The position numbers were made by a program, and so were the translations under genes. DNA of 64,000 bases, taken from Arenicellales bacterium (GTDB taxonomy: Bacteria; Pseudomonadota; Gammaproteobacteria; Arenicellales; Poriferihabitantaceae). The notes beneath the pieces are model-generated. The model did no database searches. It worked only from the letters and a program-made list of their open reading frames with translations, and was not told the DNA's origin. Location of the stretch: NCBI GenBank assembly GCA_965231865.1, contig CBDDOJ010000002.1:493837-557836 (forward strand). Reading direction: 5' to 3'. This document shows, one piece after another, positions 36,566 to 46,878 of this stretch; positions within the stretch are counted from its first letter, which is position 1; every line of letters begins with the position of its first letter.

Positions 36566-37045
36566 ATGTTACGTTCACTTTCTATTGACGCGGAAAAATG
36601 CACGGGCTGTTTGCAGTGCGAGATGGCCTGTTCCTACGAAAACGAAGGGGTATTCAATCCGGCAAAATCGAGAATCAAGGTCTTCACCTTTCATGATGAA
36701 GGCCGGTTTGTTCCCTATACCTGTACACAATGCGATGAGGCCTGGTGTCTGCACGCCTGCCCGGTCGAGGCCATCACCATGAACAAGGCAACCGGGGCCA
36801 TGGAAGTGGCGGACTCCGTCTGCGTCGGCTGCAAGGTGTGTACCATTGCCTGTCCTTTCGGCACGGTGAACTACAACCAGGATACGGGAAAAGTGATCAA
36901 GTGTGATCTTTGCGGGGGCGACCCCAAGTGTGCCGAGGCCTGTCCCACCGATGCCATCATCTATGTCGATGCCGATGCCACCGGTCTGGATAAAATGCGT
37001 GCCTGGGCGGCTAAAACCGATAATGCAGCGTCTGCAAGGGGGTAA
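36566..37045 (+). CDS. 4Fe-4S dicluster electron-transfer subunit of the AOR complex
   Basis: 159 aa with four Cys clusters: CTGCLQCEMAC, CTQCDEAWCLHACP, CVGCKVCTIACP and CDLCGGDPKCAEACP. Confidence 0.85.
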   Translation: MLRSLSIDAEKCTGCLQCEMACSYENEGVFNPAKSRIKVFTFHDEGRFVPYTCTQCDEAWCLHACPVEAITMNKATGAMEVADSVCVGCKVCTIACPFGTVNYNQDTGKVIKCDLCGGDPKCAEACPTDAIIYVDADATGLDKMRAWAAKTDNAASARG

Positions 37046-37048
37046 ACC

Positions 37049-38905
37049 ATGAGCTGGACCAAGAAAGTTTTACGCGTCAACCTCAGTCGTGGCGAGGTTT
37101 CCGAAGAACCGCTCAACATGGACTGGGCAGAGGAGTATATCGGGCAAAGAGGGCTGGGAACCCGTTACCTTGTCGAAGAGACCGACCCCACCTGCGATGC
37201 CCTCGGTGCGGACAACAAGTTGATCTTTGCCACCGGACCCCTGACCGGGACTGCAGTGTCCACCGGGGGCCGATACTCCGTGATTTGCAAAAGTCCCCTG
37301 ACCGGGGCCGTTGCGTGTTCCAATTCCGGCGGTTTTTTTGGTGCGGAATTAAAGTCCGCCGGCTGGGACATGGTTATTTTCGAAGGAAAAGCCGAGTCTC
37401 CGGTACGGCTGCATATTGAGAATGAAAAAGCCGAGATCATTCCAGCGGATGACTTGTGGGGCAAAACCGTCTGGGAAACCGACAAACTGATCCATGCAGC
37501 GGTCCAGGACCCCCAGGTCAGGATTGCCGCAGTGGGACGGTCCGCAGAAGCCGGATGCCTGTATTCTGCCATTATCAATGATCTCCATCGTGCCGCCGGG
37601 CGCTCCGGTGTGGGCACGGTGATGGCATCCAAAAACCTCAAGGCCGTCTCGGTGCGGGGAACACGGGGGGTCGGCAATATCAAGGACCCGGTCCGTTTCA
37701 TGAAAAGTGTCGCCGAACAAAAGCAGGTGCTTGCGGAAAATGCGGTTACTGGCCAGGGCCTGCCGGCCCTGGGCACCCAGGTATTGATGAATGTCATCAA
37801 CGAAGTGGGTGCGCTGCCGACTCACAATATGCGGGATGTCCAATTCGATGGCGCGAACAATATTTCCGGCGAGGCGATGCTGGAGGCGCGTGAAAGTGAT
37901 GGCAAGCCCAACCTGACCACCAACGCGGCCTGTTTTGGCTGCACCATTGCCTGCGGACGGATTTCCACCATTGACAAAGGGCATTTTACGGTGGAGAACA
38001 AGCCCGAATACTGGGGCAACTCCGGCGGTCTGGAATACGAGGCGGCCTGGGCACTGGGGGCGGCCACGGGGGTGGATGATCTCGACACCCTGACCTATGC
38101 CAACTTTGTATGCAATGAAGACGGGATGGACCCCATATCATTCGGGGCCACGGTGGGGGCGGCCATGGACCTGTTTGACCTGGGTGCCATTACCACCGAG
38201 GATACCGGTGGCGTGGATCTCAGCTTCGGGTCTTCAGAAGCCCTCACCTGGTGCGTTGAAAAAGTGGCGGCCGGCGAGGGATTTGGCAGGGAGATTGGAA
38301 TGGGTTCCAAGCGGCTGTGTGAAAAGTATGGGCATCCCGGCCTGTCGATGTCCGTCAAGGGCCAGGAATTCCCGGCCTATGATCCCCGGGGAATACAGGG
38401 CATGGGACTGACCTACGCGACATCCAATCGCGGGGCGTGTCACCTTCGAAGCTATACCGTGGCCTCGGAAATTCTGGGGATTCCGGAAAAGACCGATCCT
38501 CTCGAAACGGAAGGCAAGGCCGGTCTGGTCAAGGCGTTTCAGGATGCCACCGCTGCCGTCGACTCCATGGGGCTGTGTGTTTTCACCACCTTCGCGTGGT
38601 CTTTGGACAACATGGCCCCGCAGCTGGATGCGGCCTGTGACGGCGAGTGGACCGTTGAGCGCCTGGTGGAAGCCGGTGAGCGTATCTGGAACCTGGAGAG
38701 GGATTACAACATGAAAGCCGGCCTGACCGGGGCCGATGACAACCTGCCGGAAAGGCTCCTGAAAGAAGCGGCCAAAACCGGACCGGCAGAAGGCAAGGTG
38801 TGTGGCCTGGATGAAATGCTACCGGAGTACTATTCGTTGCGTGGATGGACGCCGGACGGCCAGGTGACCGGGGAAACCCGACAGAAATTCTCGTTGCCGG
38901 CATGA
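37049..38905 (+). CDS. aor: tungsten-type aldehyde:ferredoxin oxidoreductase catalytic subunit
   Basis: 618 aa with GQRGLGTRYL, SPLTGAVACSNSGG, GLEYEA and SNRGACHLRS, which are typical of the AOR family. Confidence 0.9.
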   Translation: MSWTKKVLRVNLSRGEVSEEPLNMDWAEEYIGQRGLGTRYLVEETDPTCDALGADNKLIFATGPLTGTAVSTGGRYSVICKSPLTGAVACSNSGGFFGAELKSAGWDMVIFEGKAESPVRLHIENEKAEIIPADDLWGKTVWETDKLIHAAVQDPQVRIAAVGRSAEAGCLYSAIINDLHRAAGRSGVGTVMASKNLKAVSVRGTRGVGNIKDPVRFMKSVAEQKQVLAENAVTGQGLPALGTQVLMNVINEVGALPTHNMRDVQFDGANNISGEAMLEARESDGKPNLTTNAACFGCTIACGRISTIDKGHFTVENKPEYWGNSGGLEYEAAWALGAATGVDDLDTLTYANFVCNEDGMDPISFGATVGAAMDLFDLGAITTEDTGGVDLSFGSSEALTWCVEKVAAGEGFGREIGMGSKRLCEKYGHPGLSMSVKGQEFPAYDPRGIQGMGLTYATSNRGACHLRSYTVASEILGIPEKTDPLETEGKAGLVKAFQDATAAVDSMGLCVFTTFAWSLDNMAPQLDAACDGEWTVERLVEAGERIWNLERDYNMKAGLTGADDNLPERLLKEAAKTGPAEGKVCGLDEMLPEYYSLRGWTPDGQVTGETRQKFSLPA

Positions 38906-40146
38906 AACACGTGATTGTCGGGGCCGGGCCCGCAGGGGTGGTGGCCGCGGAAACGCTGCGCAAACTGGATCCTGATGCCAGGATCGTGGTGATCGGAGAC
39001 GAGCCGGAGCCCCCCTATTCGAGGATGGCAATCCCCTATTTGCTCAGTGATAACATTGATGAAGAGGGGACCTATCTGCGAAAACAATCCGGCCACTTCA
39101 CCCACAGCGGCATAGAGGTTGTGGCGGGCACGGTGGCATCGGTGGACACCCGGGGCAAACAGTTGTTGCTGACGGATGGCGGTGCCGTGTCGTACGACCG
39201 GCTGCTGGTGGCTACCGGCTCGGTTCCCATCCTGCCTCCCGTTTCCGGGATTGACCATGAAAAGGTGACCAATTGCTGGACCCTTGAAGATGCCAGGAAG
39301 ATTGCCGGGGGATGCGCACCCGGCGCATCCGTTGTGTTGATCGGTGCCGGATTCATCGGCTGTATCATCCTGGAAGCGCTGGTATCCGCGGGAGTGAAGT
39401 TGACGGTCATTGAAATGGGCAACCGCATGGTGCCAAGAATGCTGGATGAGACCTGCGGTATGCTGCTGCAACGATGGTGCGGGGAAAAGGGGGTCAACGT
39501 CATGACCAGTTCCCAGGTGGAAGCCATTGAAGATGCCGGGGATCATGTGAAGGTAAAGATCAGCGGTGGGCAAGAGGTGGATGCCGAGCTGGTCATTTCT
39601 GCCGCGGGGGTCCGGGCCAATGCGAAATTTCTCGAAGGCTCCGCAGTGGAACTGTCCGACGGCGCAGTGGTGGTGGACCAGCACATGTGTTCGTCCGTGC
39701 CGGACATCTATGCAGCGGGGGATGTGGCGTGCGGGCGTGATTTTTCCACGGGAGAGTACAGTGTTCAGGCCATTCAGCCCACCGCGGTTGAGCATGGCCG
39801 GGCAGCGGCCGGCAATATGGTCAACCATGGCTCGGTGGCGCATCAGGGCAGTGTGCTGATGAATGTCCTGGATACCATCGGACTGGTTTCATCGTCGTAT
39901 GGTCAGTGGGAAGGCGTAGAAGGAGGGGAGTCGGCAAAGCTGGTGGATGAAGAGGCATTTCGCTATATCCAGCTTCAGTTTGACGGCGATCAGCTGGTGG
40001 GGGCCAATACCCTGGGGATGACCCAGCATATTGGCGTCATCCGGGGCCTGGTACAGGGGCGATTCCATCTTGGCGGCTGGAAAGACCGGCTAATGAAAAA
40101 TCCGCTCCTGGTGATGGAGGCTTATCTTGCGGTGAGTCAGGGGTAG
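38902..40146 (+). CDS. FAD-dependent pyridine-nucleotide-disulfide-type oxidoreductase subunit
   Basis: The ATG overlaps the AOR stop (ATGA). MKHVIVGAGPAGVVAAETL, VLIGAGFIGCIILEAL and AAGDVA are present. Confidence 0.85.
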   Translation: MKHVIVGAGPAGVVAAETLRKLDPDARIVVIGDEPEPPYSRMAIPYLLSDNIDEEGTYLRKQSGHFTHSGIEVVAGTVASVDTRGKQLLLTDGGAVSYDRLLVATGSVPILPPVSGIDHEKVTNCWTLEDARKIAGGCAPGASVVLIGAGFIGCIILEALVSAGVKLTVIEMGNRMVPRMLDETCGMLLQRWCGEKGVNVMTSSQVEAIEDAGDHVKVKISGGQEVDAELVISAAGVRANAKFLEGSAVELSDGAVVVDQHMCSSVPDIYAAGDVACGRDFSTGEYSVQAIQPTAVEHGRAAAGNMVNHGSVAHQGSVLMNVLDTIGLVSSSYGQWEGVEGGESAKLVDEEAFRYIQLQFDGDQLVGANTLGMTQHIGVIRGLVQGRFHLGGWKDRLMKNPLLVMEAYLAVSQG

Positions 40147-40238
40147 GAAGCGACCCCTGCTTTTTGGGTGGCCGGGGACCCACGGGCACCGCTGAAAACC
40201 ATGGACCCCATGACCCTGACCTGGAAATCGAGGCAGAT

Positions 40239-40487
40239 ATGCAAATCACCTTCAAAATGTTTGCCACACTCATGGAGTATTTGCCCGCTGGTGCGGTCAA
40301 GAACACCATTGATATCCAGGTAGAAGAAAACGCCACGCCCTACCAGGTGATTGACCGGTACCGTGTCCCCCGGTCCGAGGTCCATCTGGTACTGGTGAAC
40401 GGGGTCTACATGGATGAAGAAAGCCGGAACCTGCCAATGAAACCCAACGATACCCTGGCAATCTGGCCCCCTGTAGCGGGAGGATGA
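40239..40487 (+). CDS. MoaD/ThiS-family small sulfur-carrier-like protein
   Basis: 82 aa from an internal ATG: MQITFKMFATLMEYLP... It ends in ..WPPVAGG (C-terminal GG). Confidence 0.75.
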   Translation: MQITFKMFATLMEYLPAGAVKNTIDIQVEENATPYQVIDRYRVPRSEVHLVLVNGVYMDEESRNLPMKPNDTLAIWPPVAGG

Positions 40488-40798
40488 GGGACCACGAAGT
40501 ATTCCGGTACCAGGCAGAGATGGGATACTCCCATGCGGAATTGTTGCGGGAACTGGAATCGGCGGTGGTGCCGTATGCGGTGCGGAGGATTTCCGAGTAT
40601 TCCTATTCCATGGCGGTGGACGCGGACCCCGGTGGACGGGTTGCCATCCTGACCCTGGAGCCGGAGTCGGTGCGCCGGATCGCCTCAATGAGGATTCCCA
40701 CCACCCGTGTTAACATCGAGTTCAGGAATTTCGAGGTCGCTGAATACCGGGAATTCCTGGATCGTTTCAGGCAATATTTGCAGCGGGGAGGGGGTTGA
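40484..40798 (+). CDS. hypothetical 104-aa protein between the two MoaD-like genes
   Basis: It has 4-nt overlaps with both neighbours and ends in ..YLQRGGG. No family was recognised. Confidence 0.5.
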   Translation: MRDHEVFRYQAEMGYSHAELLRELESAVVPYAVRRISEYSYSMAVDADPGGRVAILTLEPESVRRIASMRIPTTRVNIEFRNFEVAEYREFLDRFRQYLQRGGG

Positions 40799-41049
40799 AG
40801 GTGAACATAACGGTAAAATTTTTCTCGAGTCTAATGGAATACCTGCCAAGGTCGGCTGAGGGCAATGCCATGGTTGTACAGGTCAACCCGGGCACCTCCC
40901 CCCGACAGGTTCTGGCGCGGTACCGGGTGCCGGAAGAAGAGGTTCGCACAGTGATGCGAAATGGTGTCTTCCTGCCTGAAGAGGACCGGGACAAGCCACT
41001 GGAAGAGGGCGACCTGTTGACCGTCTGGCCATCCATCCAGGGCGGGTAA
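40795..41049 (+). CDS. second MoaD/ThiS-family protein
   Basis: 84 aa (TTG or GTG start): VNITVKFFSSLMEYLP... It ends in ..WPSIQGG and is a paralogue of 40239..40487. Confidence 0.75.
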   Translation: MKVNITVKFFSSLMEYLPRSAEGNAMVVQVNPGTSPRQVLARYRVPEEEVRTVMRNGVFLPEEDRDKPLEEGDLLTVWPSIQGG

Positions 41050-41155
41050 AATCCCCCCCGGGATGGATGGTCCAAAATATTCCATGCGGCGGATTGCGGA
41101 GTCGGGGTAGAATACCGCTGTACGGATTGAATGCACTTGTTATCGGGTTATCGGA

Positions 41156-42181
41156 ATGTTACGGGATTCTTTAAAGCGTCCACTCCATGATTTGCGAATA
41201 TCGGTCACGGACCGATGCAACTTCAGATGTGGGTATTGCATGCCAAAGGATGTTTTCAAAAAGGGGTATCCTTTTTTGAAGTCCAGTGCATTGCTTACTC
41301 ATGAACAAATCGAGTTGCTGGTGAAGGTGTTTGCAGAACTGGGTGTCCGGAAAATCCGCCTCACGGGTGGTGAGCCGTTGTTGAGAAAAGACCTTGAAAA
41401 ACTGGTTTCTGTGATTGCCGGTACACCGGGAATCCAGGATGTTGCGATTACAACCAATGCGTCCCTGCTCACCCGAAGACGCGCGGAGTCCCTGAGACAA
41501 GCCGGGATTGAACGGGTCAATATCAGCTTGGACGCGTTGACGCCGCACATTTATGAACAAATCAACGAAGTCCCCTACCCCCTGAAAGACATTCTCGGAG
41601 GAATCAACAATGCACTGGAAGCGGGATTCAGGGTTGTTAAAATCAACATGGTGGTCCAAAAGGGGGTGAACGAAACGGATATCCTGCCCATGGTGACTTA
41701 TTTTCGCGGGTCCGGTGCCATATTGAGATTCATTGAGTTTATGGATGTCGGCAACCACAACCAGTGGAACATGGATCGGGTATTTGGGGCCAGGGAGATT
41801 CTTGGGGAAATCAACGGGGTGTTTCCAATGGAACCACTGGACGGGCAATATGACGGGGAAGTCGCAAAAAGATGGCGATTCAAGGATGGCCAGGGAGAAA
41901 TCGGCATCATTTCCTCCATCACCCAGCCTTTTTGTGGAGACTGCAGCCGGGCAAGGCTGTCCGCAAAGGGGGAACTGTTTACCTGCCTGTTTGCCAGCAG
42001 CGGCGTGGACCTGAAAAAATTTCTCGCGGCCGGCATGTCCGCGGATGAAATCCGGCAGAGAATCTCGGCAACATGGAAAAACCGAAACGATCAGTATTCG
42101 ATGATGCGGAACCTGAACCCGGCGGGGCAGGTCATGGTCCAGCAGCCGCAAAAAGTCGAAATGTCCTATATTGGAGGATAG
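41156..42181 (+). CDS. moaA: GTP 3',8-cyclase MoaA (radical SAM)
   Basis: 341 aa with LRISVTDRCNFRCGYCMP, RLTGGEPLLR and FCGDCSRARLSAKGELFTCLF. Confidence 0.9.
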   Translation: MLRDSLKRPLHDLRISVTDRCNFRCGYCMPKDVFKKGYPFLKSSALLTHEQIELLVKVFAELGVRKIRLTGGEPLLRKDLEKLVSVIAGTPGIQDVAITTNASLLTRRRAESLRQAGIERVNISLDALTPHIYEQINEVPYPLKDILGGINNALEAGFRVVKINMVVQKGVNETDILPMVTYFRGSGAILRFIEFMDVGNHNQWNMDRVFGAREILGEINGVFPMEPLDGQYDGEVAKRWRFKDGQGEIGIISSITQPFCGDCSRARLSAKGELFTCLFASSGVDLKKFLAAGMSADEIRQRISATWKNRNDQYSMMRNLNPAGQVMVQQPQKVEMSYIGG

Positions 42182-42530
42182 ACAGGGCCCTTCCTTTTCT
42201 TTTGCATGTGCCATCGCCATGGCATGTCTTCACTCCGGCCTTCTCTGCGGGGCGGCCGGCCGGTGGGGATATCCGGCGAAAGGGTTTAAAACCACCGCCG
42301 GTAGGACAGCGGCCGGCATCCGAAGACCCCGGGCAGGCTTTGTGCTGAGCGGGTTTCCTGAAAAACCCGGCTGCAGAAAAACCCACCATTTGCCGTTGTC
42401 TGGAGAAAAATTTTCCGGCGGGAAGGACGGGCGCACAACGCCGAGATACTATCGTTCTCCCGTTTGGGTTAAAATCCAATCTTAATCTCATTAAGAGGCT
42501 ACCCATTATTTTGGGGAAAGAGGAAATTCA

Positions 42531-43049
42531 TTGAAGCAGGAAAAGAGTCAGTACGACACGGAAGAATTACTTGCATGTGGTCACGGGGAGTTGTTTGGGC
42601 CAGGCAATGCACAGTTGCCGCTGCCAAACATGCTCATGTTTGACCGGATCATCCACATTGATGATGATGGTGGAGCGCATGGAAAAGGACTGGTAATCGC
42701 TGAAATGGATGTCCACCCCGATCTGTGGTTTTTTGCCTGTCATTTTGAAGGCGACCCGGTCATGCCAGGCTGCCTGGGAGTGGATGCATTGTGGCAGCTG
42801 GTGGGGTTTTCATTGGGATGGAGAGGGGGTGAGGGGCACGGGCGTGCCCTGGGTGCGGGAGAGATCCGGTTCAGCGGACAGATTACCAAGAGCTGCAAGG
42901 TAATTACCTACCGGATTGATTTCAAGCGGGTCATTATGCGAAAACTGGTGATGGGAATCGCCGACGGCAAGGTATACGCGGATGATCACCCGGTCTATGA
43001 CTGCAAGGACCTCCGGGTGGGATTGTTCAAAAACATCGAGAATTTCTGA
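42531..43049 (+). CDS. fabA: 3-hydroxydecanoyl-ACP dehydratase/isomerase
   Basis: 172 aa from a TTG start, with [22 protein letters not shown] and [25 protein letters not shown]. Confidence 0.9.
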   Translation: MKQEKSQYDTEELLACGHGELFGPGNAQLPLPNMLMFDRIIHIDDDGGAHGKGLVIAEMDVHPDLWFFACHFEGDPVMPGCLGVDALWQLVGFSLGWRGGEGHGRALGAGEIRFSGQITKSCKVITYRIDFKRVIMRKLVMGIADGKVYADDHPVYDCKDLRVGLFKNIENF

Positions 43050-43215
43050 TTCTCGGACTTGTCGCAGGTGCTTGACCACTCTTTACCGGATAGTCGAAAG
43101 TCGTGTTGAAAGTCGTATTGAACAGCCTGGGTTTTCCATCATTGAACCCGTGTTATGATTTGCAAATGCCTTTTTTGAAACACTCCGAACGGCCTGAACT
43201 CCTGGTGGAATTAGC

Positions 43216-44433
43216 ATGAAAAGAGTCGTGATCACGGGGTATGGGATTGTTTCGAGTCTGGGGAACAATAAAGACGAGGTCCGGCAGGCACTGATGACGG
43301 GTCAATCCGGAATCGTACATTGCCAGGACTATGCCGATCTTGGGATGCGCAGCCGGATTCACGGCGCCATTGAACTTGACGCACAGTCCATGATTGACCG
43401 GAAGCTGTACCGGTTTATGGGGGATGCGGCAGCATACAGCTATATTGCCATGCAGGAAGCCATTGAGCACGCAAATTTAACCGAAGCCATCATCAGCAGC
43501 GAAAGAACGGGTTTGTTGATGGGAACAGGGGGGGCTTCACCGGAAAATATCGTCAAGGCTGCGGATACCTTGCGTGAGCGGGGAGTCCGTCGGGTGGGGC
43601 CCTACATGGTTACCAAGACGATGTCCAGTACGATTCCCGCCTGTCTCGGAACGGCCTACAAGATAAAAGGGGTTTCCTATGCCATCAGTTCGGCCTGTTC
43701 CACCAGCGCCCACTGCATTGGACATGGCGCGGAACTCATTGAACTTGGCAAGCAGGATGTTGTTTTTGCCGGTGGCGGAGAAGAATTGCACTGGTCCCTG
43801 TCGGTACTGTTCGATGGAATGGGTGCCCTGTCTTCAAACTACAACGATGCCCCGGCAACGGCCTCCCGACCCTATGACAAGAACCGGGACGGGTTTGTGA
43901 TCTCCGGAGGGGCCGGGGTGGTGGTGCTGGAGGACCTGGAACATGCCCAGCGCCGGGGGGCGCCGATTTATGCGGAACTGACGGGATACGGGGCGACTTC
44001 GGATGGATATGACATGGTCCAGCCTTCAGGGCACGGCGCAGTGCGCTGCATGCGTCAGTCCATGCAGTCCATTGACAAGCCGGTCCAGTACATCAATGCC
44101 CACGGAACCAGTACCCCGGTCGGGGACATCAGGGAGCTTGAGGCCATCGCCGAAGTCTTCAATGCAGATTGCCCGCCAATCAGTGCAACCAAGTCCCTCA
44201 GCGGTCATGCACTGGGGGCAGCGGGTGTCAATGAATCCATTTACACGCTGTTGATGATGGAGTCCGGATTTATCTCGGGAACGGCGAATATAGAAAACCT
44301 GGATGAAGGGGCGGTGGGATTTCCCATTGTCACGGAAACCATGACGGACGTGGAAATCAATGTCGCCATGAGCAACAGTTTCGGTTTTGGCGGTACGAAC
44401 TGTTCCCTGGTTTTCGAGCGCTGGAACCCGTAA
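43216..44433 (+). CDS. fabB: beta-ketoacyl-ACP synthase I
   Basis: 405 aa with [53 protein letters not shown] and NSFGFGGTN. Confidence 0.9.
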   Translation: MKRVVITGYGIVSSLGNNKDEVRQALMTGQSGIVHCQDYADLGMRSRIHGAIELDAQSMIDRKLYRFMGDAAAYSYIAMQEAIEHANLTEAIISSERTGLLMGTGGASPENIVKAADTLRERGVRRVGPYMVTKTMSSTIPACLGTAYKIKGVSYAISSACSTSAHCIGHGAELIELGKQDVVFAGGGEELHWSLSVLFDGMGALSSNYNDAPATASRPYDKNRDGFVISGGAGVVVLEDLEHAQRRGAPIYAELTGYGATSDGYDMVQPSGHGAVRCMRQSMQSIDKPVQYINAHGTSTPVGDIRELEAIAEVFNADCPPISATKSLSGHALGAAGVNESIYTLLMMESGFISGTANIENLDEGAVGFPIVTETMTDVEINVAMSNSFGFGGTNCSLVFERWNP

Positions 44434-44503
44434 TCCCCCGATAATTCCCGGGGCAGGTACGGCAGCCCTGCGGCGCTGCAAGGGTGCTTTCAGGTTTTCA
44501 AGC

Positions 44504-45541
44504 ATGATTCAGTCCAAGGCACAATCCCCAGGCCCGGTTGTCATCTGGCTGGTGGTTTGCTGCGTCCTGGTATTGGCCATGGTGCTGCTGGGCGGGGCGG
44601 TTCGATTGACAGGCTCCGGGTTGTCCATGGTGGACTGGAAACCCCTGACGGGCATGATTCCTCCCATGGATGCACAGGCCTGGACGGATGTCTTCGAGAA
44701 ATACAAGACGTTTCCGGAATACCAGCTTGTGTATCGGGGCATGGATCTGGAAGGATTCAAGTTTATCTACTACATGGAGTATTCCCACCGGATTCTTGGT
44801 CGTATCATCGGTATCGCATTCTTCGTTCCGTTCCTGGTTTTTCTCTGTACAGGGAAGCTTTTGCCGGGATTGTCGAACCATCTTTGGCTGTTGCTTCTCC
44901 TGGGTGCCGTGCAGGGATTGATCGGCTGGTACATGGTACAAAGCGGGCTGGTAGACAATCCCAGGGTCAGCCAGTACCGGTTGGCCCTGCATCTGCTGGT
45001 TGCCGTACTCATCTACGCGTACATGGTGCGGATCGTGTGTGGACTGGTCATTCACCGCAGGCCCCGGAACCCGGGGTCCGGGACCATGGGGACCATCACC
45101 TTTGCCATCGTATTGCTGATGATTGTCAGCGGGGCTTTTGTTGCTGGAACCAAAGCGGGATTCATGTTCAACACTTTCCCGAAAATGGGGATGGACTGGG
45201 TGCCCGCCCAGGTAATGGCCCTGTCTCCGGGGTGGCGGAATTTCCTTGAAAATCCAGTGGCCATCCAGTTTCTTCATCGGCTGCTGGCGGTGGGGGTATT
45301 GATTGCCGTCCTGGGATATGCCTGGCAGCTGGGACGATCCACCGTCCCTTCAGGGAAAACCATTGCGCTTCTCCTGGTCCTGGCTGTGGCGGCCCAGTGG
45401 GGTTTGGGCATCGCCACACTGTTATCCGGTGTTCCCCTGGTTCTGGGGGTGGCGCACCAGGCAGGTGCCATGCTGCTGTTAACCCTCGTGGTCGTCGGAA
45501 ATTCACTGGACCGGGGCATTTTCCAAAAAGACGATGGATGA
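44504..45541 (+). CDS. ctaA: COX15/CtaA-family heme A synthase
   Basis: It starts at an internal ATG and is polytopic, with RLTGSGLSMVDWKP, YMEYSHRILGR and FLHRLLA. Confidence 0.85.
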   Translation: MIQSKAQSPGPVVIWLVVCCVLVLAMVLLGGAVRLTGSGLSMVDWKPLTGMIPPMDAQAWTDVFEKYKTFPEYQLVYRGMDLEGFKFIYYMEYSHRILGRIIGIAFFVPFLVFLCTGKLLPGLSNHLWLLLLLGAVQGLIGWYMVQSGLVDNPRVSQYRLALHLLVAVLIYAYMVRIVCGLVIHRRPRNPGSGTMGTITFAIVLLMIVSGAFVAGTKAGFMFNTFPKMGMDWVPAQVMALSPGWRNFLENPVAIQFLHRLLAVGVLIAVLGYAWQLGRSTVPSGKTIALLLVLAVAAQWGLGIATLLSGVPLVLGVAHQAGAMLLLTLVVVGNSLDRGIFQKDDG

Positions 45542-45812
45542 AAAGATGGAGATTGTCAAGTCAGTGATATCAGCAATTGTTGCGGAATGCCGGTGCAGGC
45601 CGCAAGGACGAACAGCCCATGTGGCTGTGTCATGATCACGGGCAATCGCATTCGATCGGTCCTCGTCGGTACCGAAGGGGTACGGAATTCCGCTCCGGAG
45701 ACCCGTGGATACGCTGTTGAGCCGCATGGAGACCAAATCTGCGACCAATGAGATCGCACTGGTGGACCGACCGGCGTAATGATATCAATGTGCCTGAACC
45801 AGGGAGAAACGC

Positions 45813-46034
45813 ATGGACAAGAGGCTGAATAATTATCTCGAGAAAAAAGATGCCACAGCGCTGGATGACAGCGTTCTGGAAGCCTACTTGACGTCAATGA
45901 AGGAGCAGGTGACCCCCGAGATTGAAAGGCAGATCAGGAAGAACGAGAGACGGGCTGCGGAACTGCGGTTCTCGCCGGGTCCGGTCCCGAGGCGTCAGAA
46001 AGCTGTCGCGAAGAAGAAAAGGAAACGGACGTAG
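45813..46034 (+). CDS. hypothetical 73-aa basic protein
   Basis: An ORF with a lysine/arginine-rich tail. No family was recognised. Confidence 0.3.
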   Translation: MDKRLNNYLEKKDATALDDSVLEAYLTSMKEQVTPEIERQIRKNERRAAELRFSPGPVPRRQKAVAKKKRKRT

Positions 46035-46202
46035 GGCGGGCGGGATAAGGGTGTCCCGAGGCCCACTTTCCCCTGGAAAACCACCCTGTCGTTCAGGCGC
46101 ATGTTCCGTTGGACAACTCTCCCCCTGTAATTACCGGCCCGGCCACCCTATAATCAGCCCCTTTGCTCCCGAGCATTCCCACGACCACCATAAGGTTCGT
46201 TT

Positions 46203-46862
46203 GTGCCATCTCTTGAAAAAATCCGGGTCTTGACGAGGATTCCCCAAACCGGCCTATCCCGGATTTACGCATTTTCACTGGCCCTGTGTCTTGCAGCCAG
46301 TGTTCCGTGTATCGCGTCGAACGATGACTGGAATGTGGAAATCCTGATGAAAGAACTTTCACAGGTCACCCATGTGCAACTGGATTTTGTCGAAACCCGG
46401 GCATCCGCATTCCTGTTCATTGACCTGGTTGTGGAAGGAAACATGGAATATCGAGCCCCGGGCTACTTGTTGAAAAATACCGTAAAACCGGTCAAGGAAA
46501 CGGTGTTGATCAGTGGGGATGAAATGACTGTCAAACAGGTCATTGAGGAGGGCAAAGGGGAGGAGGACACCCTGGTCCGGCGGTATTCCGTGCAATCCCA
46601 TGTCCTGTTGCAGGCAACCGTGGAAAGCATCAAGGCGTTGCTGTCGGGTGATTTCGGCAGGTTGCTCGAGAACTTTGAAATGGACCTTTCAGGTGAACGC
46701 GGTGACTGGCAACTTAACCTGATCCCGAAATCAGCGGTGATCATTGAGTCGGTGGCGAAAATAATACTGTCTGGAGCCGGCATCCAGGTGAATGAGATTG
46801 TAACCACCCATACCGATGGCGATGAAACCCTGCTTCATCTGACTTACCGGTTACTTCAATAA
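46203..46862 (+). CDS. LolA-like periplasmic protein associated with the MMPL exporter
   Basis: It has a signal peptide RIYAFSLALCLAASVPCIA. The size and the position directly upstream of an MMPL exporter fit the LolA-like partner. The start is uncertain. Confidence 0.55.
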   Translation: MPSLEKIRVLTRIPQTGLSRIYAFSLALCLAASVPCIASNDDWNVEILMKELSQVTHVQLDFVETRASAFLFIDLVVEGNMEYRAPGYLLKNTVKPVKETVLISGDEMTVKQVIEEGKGEEDTLVRRYSVQSHVLLQATVESIKALLSGDFGRLLENFEMDLSGERGDWQLNLIPKSAVIIESVAKIILSGAGIQVNEIVTTHTDGDETLLHLTYRLLQ

Positions 46863-46878
46863 TACTGAATCGGCTTTT

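Noticed and set aside
38830-39843. 337-aa minus-strand ORF
   Set aside because: It is antisense to the FAD-oxidoreductase subunit, which has clear GxGxxG motifs. This is a shadow ORF.
41050-41155. Possible Moco riboswitch directly upstream of moaA
   Set aside because: The spacer is only about 105 nt, shorter than the motif, and shows no CCUCCGAG-type element or convincing nested stems.
41171-42220. 349-aa minus-strand ORF
   Set aside because: It is antisense to moaA, which has the radical-SAM CNFRCGYC motif. This is a shadow ORF.
45541-45812. Short protein-like pieces in three frames (MEIVKSVISAIVAEC.., MITGNRIRSVLVGTEG.., ..LLSRMETKSATNEIALVDRPA), suggesting a fragmented gene after ctaA
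   Set aside because: No family was recognised, and each piece is under 40 codons. This is noted only as a BLASTX target.
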